The notes under the pieces: model-generated
Databases searched by the model: none
What the model saw: the letters and a program-made list of their open reading frames with translations, nothing else
What the model was told of the DNA's origin: nothing
In this document: positions 61,804 through 64,000 of the stretch, piece after piece
Layout: every line of letters starts with the position of its first letter
Numbering within the stretch: position 1 is the stretch's first letter
Assembly (NCBI GenBank): GCA_963843145.1
Contig: CAWJJC010000020.1
Coordinates: forward strand, 96,001 to 160,000
Length of the DNA stretch: 64,000 bases
Direction: 5' to 3'
Origin: an uncultured delta proteobacterium
Lineage (GTDB): Bacteria > Desulfobacterota > RBG-13-43-22
Position numbers and translations under genes: made by a program

Positions 61804-62193
61804 ATGGAAATAGTATCTGATGCAAGCGCGTTTCTCGCTGTGGTCCTTGATGAGGTCGCCCGTAAATGGGTTATCGATAAAACATCCGGGGCGGCCCTTA
61901 TTTCGCCCGAGGTCCTCCCTTACGAAATCGCCAATGCACTGACCGCCATGAAGAAAAAAGGACGTTTAACGGATCGAGAAGCTCTTAAGGCCTTTAACCT
62001 CTCACAAAGCATCCCGGTAAAGCTTGCGCCAATAAGAATATATGATGCTTTGAAAATAGCCATTAAATTCAATATCTATGCGTACGACGCCTACTACGTG
62101 CAGTGTTGTCTTGAGACGAAGTTGCCCCTCATCAGCCTTGATAACCACATGTGCGAAGTGGCGAAAATTCTATCAATAAAGGTGGTGATGTAG
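61804..62193 (+). CDS. PIN-domain (VapC-like) toxin
   Basis: DASAFLA, YEIANAL, YAYDAYY, SLD. Confidence 0.88.
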   Translation: MEIVSDASAFLAVVLDEVARKWVIDKTSGAALISPEVLPYEIANALTAMKKKGRLTDREALKAFNLSQSIPVKLAPIRIYDALKIAIKFNIYAYDAYYVQCCLETKLPLISLDNHMCEVAKILSIKVVM

Positions 62194-62197
62194 TCTC

Positions 62198-62422
62198 ATG
62201 AAAGTTTACACCTATTCTGAGGCCAGAGGAAAACTGTCGGCTATCCTCGAAGAATCTAAGTCTGAACAGGTCGTCATAAAGCGTCGTAGGGGGGATATGT
62301 ACGCCATTGTTCCCCAGACTGCCCGCCCTCGCCGTTCTCCCTTTGACGTACCCGGTTTGAATAAAAGCATCACCCGTCAGGAAATACTGGAAGCCATTGG
62401 CGAATCACGAGAGAGGGTGTAA
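62198..62422 (+). CDS. Phd/YefM-type antitoxin downstream of the toxin
   Basis: YTYSEARGKLSAILE..VVIKRR. Confidence 0.85.
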   Translation: MKVYTYSEARGKLSAILEESKSEQVVIKRRRGDMYAIVPQTARPRRSPFDVPGLNKSITRQEILEAIGESRERV

Positions 62423-62647
62423 GGTGTCGTTGCAGCCGATGTGTAAGCGCCCCTCTAAACCTCGTGTCAACTTTGCCAATTGTCCGATGGAATATCCCCT
62501 GAGCGGCCGTTCGATTTCTGAATTCGGTAAGTGCGTCTCAGTCGACAACCCTTTCTTCCACCCCCAACTGGACTTGCTTTGCTGATGGAACGCCCAGCCC
62601 TTGCCATCGAAGCCTATATTCCATCGCCTTGGTTGACGAGAGTCGGC

Positions 62648-62848
62648 GGGTGGGCTGTGGGCGGAGGGGGCACCATCCTTCGCTGGAACGGAAGCACCTG
62701 GCGCTCCATCCCCAGTCCCAGCACAAAAGAATTGAATGCCGTCGCCCTGGTATCGGCCAATGACGGCTGGATTGTCGGAAGTGAGGGAGTAATCTTGCGG
62801 ACCAGCGGTTCCGCTAATAAGTCATATCTCCCGTTAATCATCTATTAG
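62648..62848 (+). pseudogene. Beta-propeller (YCF48/BNR-like) repeat fragment ending SYLPLIIY
   Basis: GWAVGGGGTILRWNGSTW..LNAVALVSANDGWIVGSEGVILRT; no credible N-terminus. Confidence 0.65.
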
Positions 62849-63073
62849 GTCCAAATTGGCAACGGATTATCTCGGAATCGCCAGGCGAACGAAAGTCGTT
62901 GTGTCCATCCCCTCCCCGAACCATTGCCCACCAAGGACCAAATTCACCCTATTTACTATTTCCAAAATGGTGTATAATTACCTTATATAATTATAAACTC
63001 GGATCAATAAGTTAACCCATCTTCCCGTTTCGTCCTTATACCGAAAGGGAGCATCCTTATGGGAGATTTACGG

Positions 63074-63112
63074 AAACCCCAATTCTCGGAGGAGAAGCGG
63101 GGTTTTTTTATT
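63074..63112 (+). terminator. Intrinsic terminator-like hairpin upstream of the Cache sensor gene
   Basis: aaaccccaattctc-ggag-gagaagcggggttttttt. Confidence 0.7.
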
Positions 63113-63197
63113 GAGGTTTCAGCGAATGGCCAAAGCAACGAAGTGGTTTTTATTACAGCCAAAAATATTTCAAAACTTTTTGGCTAGGTTTTAAGAT

Positions 63198-64000
63198 ATG
63201 AAGCTTCAATCCAAAGCGTCCCTTTTTCTTTCCGCCCTCCTTCTGGCGGCCCTGCTCAGCCAGTGGGGGCTATTGTCTCACTTTTTAGATAAATCCCTGC
63301 GGGACAAAGCCGACCAGGAACTTATCCATGAAGCCGCCGGTGTGAGCAGCCGCCTCGATGCCTTTATTTTAGATTCCCAAACCGATATCATGAATCTGGC
63401 TCAACATATGGATACCCAGGCTTTGGTGGACGGCAAATGGGTTAAGATCCAAACCTATTTACAATCTGCTTTTTTCGCCAATTCCCGTTTTGATAACGGG
63501 TTTTTTATCCTGGACGCCCAAGGGGTTCTGGTCGTGGATTATCCAGTCTCAGATATCAGAGGGATCAACCTATCCTTTCGGGAATATTTTAAAAGGACTT
63601 TTTCCGAAAAAAAACCCATCATCTCTTCTCCTTATCAATCCAAACGGACCGGGGCGAATATTATTACCTTTACGGTCCCCCTCCTCTCGTATCAGGGTAA
63701 TTTTTTAGGGCTTTTAGCCGGATCGGTCAATCTCCTGCAAAGAAACTTTGCCGGAAGCATCCGAGACATCCAGATCGGTCAGGCCCGAAAGATCATGATC
63801 TATGATTCCAAAGGAAAATTACTCTACTATCCTGATCTCGACTTGACCTCCAAAGAAGGAGAACCTCCTTACGCGGATCCGCTGCTCAAGGGCCTCCCTC
63901 AGGGAAGTAAAGGGGTAATAGATCGTCAAGGCGCCAATAGGATGGAATATACTCTGGCCTTTCACCCCCTGCAAACCACCGATTGGATGGTGGCCGTCAT
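63198..64000 (+). CDS. dCache-domain membrane sensor (partial; runs off the window)
   Basis: MKLQSKASLFLSALLL TM, then FILDAQG..RGINLSFREYF..PIISSPYQSKRTG..IYDSKGKLLYYPD. Confidence 0.8.
   Translation, partial: MKLQSKASLFLSALLLAALLSQWGLLSHFLDKSLRDKADQELIHEAAGVSSRLDAFILDSQTDIMNLAQHMDTQALVDGKWVKIQTYLQSAFFANSRFDNGFFILDAQGVLVVDYPVSDIRGINLSFREYFKRTFSEKKPIISSPYQSKRTGANIITFTVPLLSYQGNFLGLLAGSVNLLQRNFAGSIRDIQIGQARKIMIYDSKGKLLYYPDLDLTSKEGEPPYADPLLKGLPQGSKGVIDRQGANRMEYTLAFHPLQTTDWMVAV

Overview
A roughly 55-60% GC chromosomal segment of an anaerobe; gene content suggests Desulfobacterota/deltaproteobacteria (inference). Left to right: a ParE/RelE toxin-antitoxin pair, a lysA-like gene, an incomplete MacAB-like ABC exporter, tRNA-Arg(CCG), and an unusual operon (cNMP protein-oadB-oadG-terC-truncated CMK-like-oadG-oadB) with no decarboxylase alpha subunit, divergent from kup-trkH-trkA. 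Then mutY and an accessory/defence region at about 23.5-38.2 kb: a probable OsmC selenoprotein whose 3' end is duplicated like an att site, RhuM, solo integron-like cassettes, a GmrSD-AlbA fusion, and a type I-like R-M system with fused M-S, KilA-N and a four-helix-bundle gene. After that come phoU, a B12 radical SAM gene, GGDEF/HDOD genes, an MFS gene, a cobalamin riboswitch heading a long anaerobic cob/cbi operon, a PIN TA pair and the start of a Cache sensor. The most striking unexplained pattern is a family of inverted tandem 7-mer/9-mer repeat elements. They flank the four-helix-bundle gene, recur in-frame inside hsdM, survive in a second relic hsdR-4HB-hsdM junction, and occur as gene-less hairpins at several operon junctions. 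Many frameshifts fall in homopolymers and may be sequencing errors. All calls come from reading the sequence; no database searches were run.
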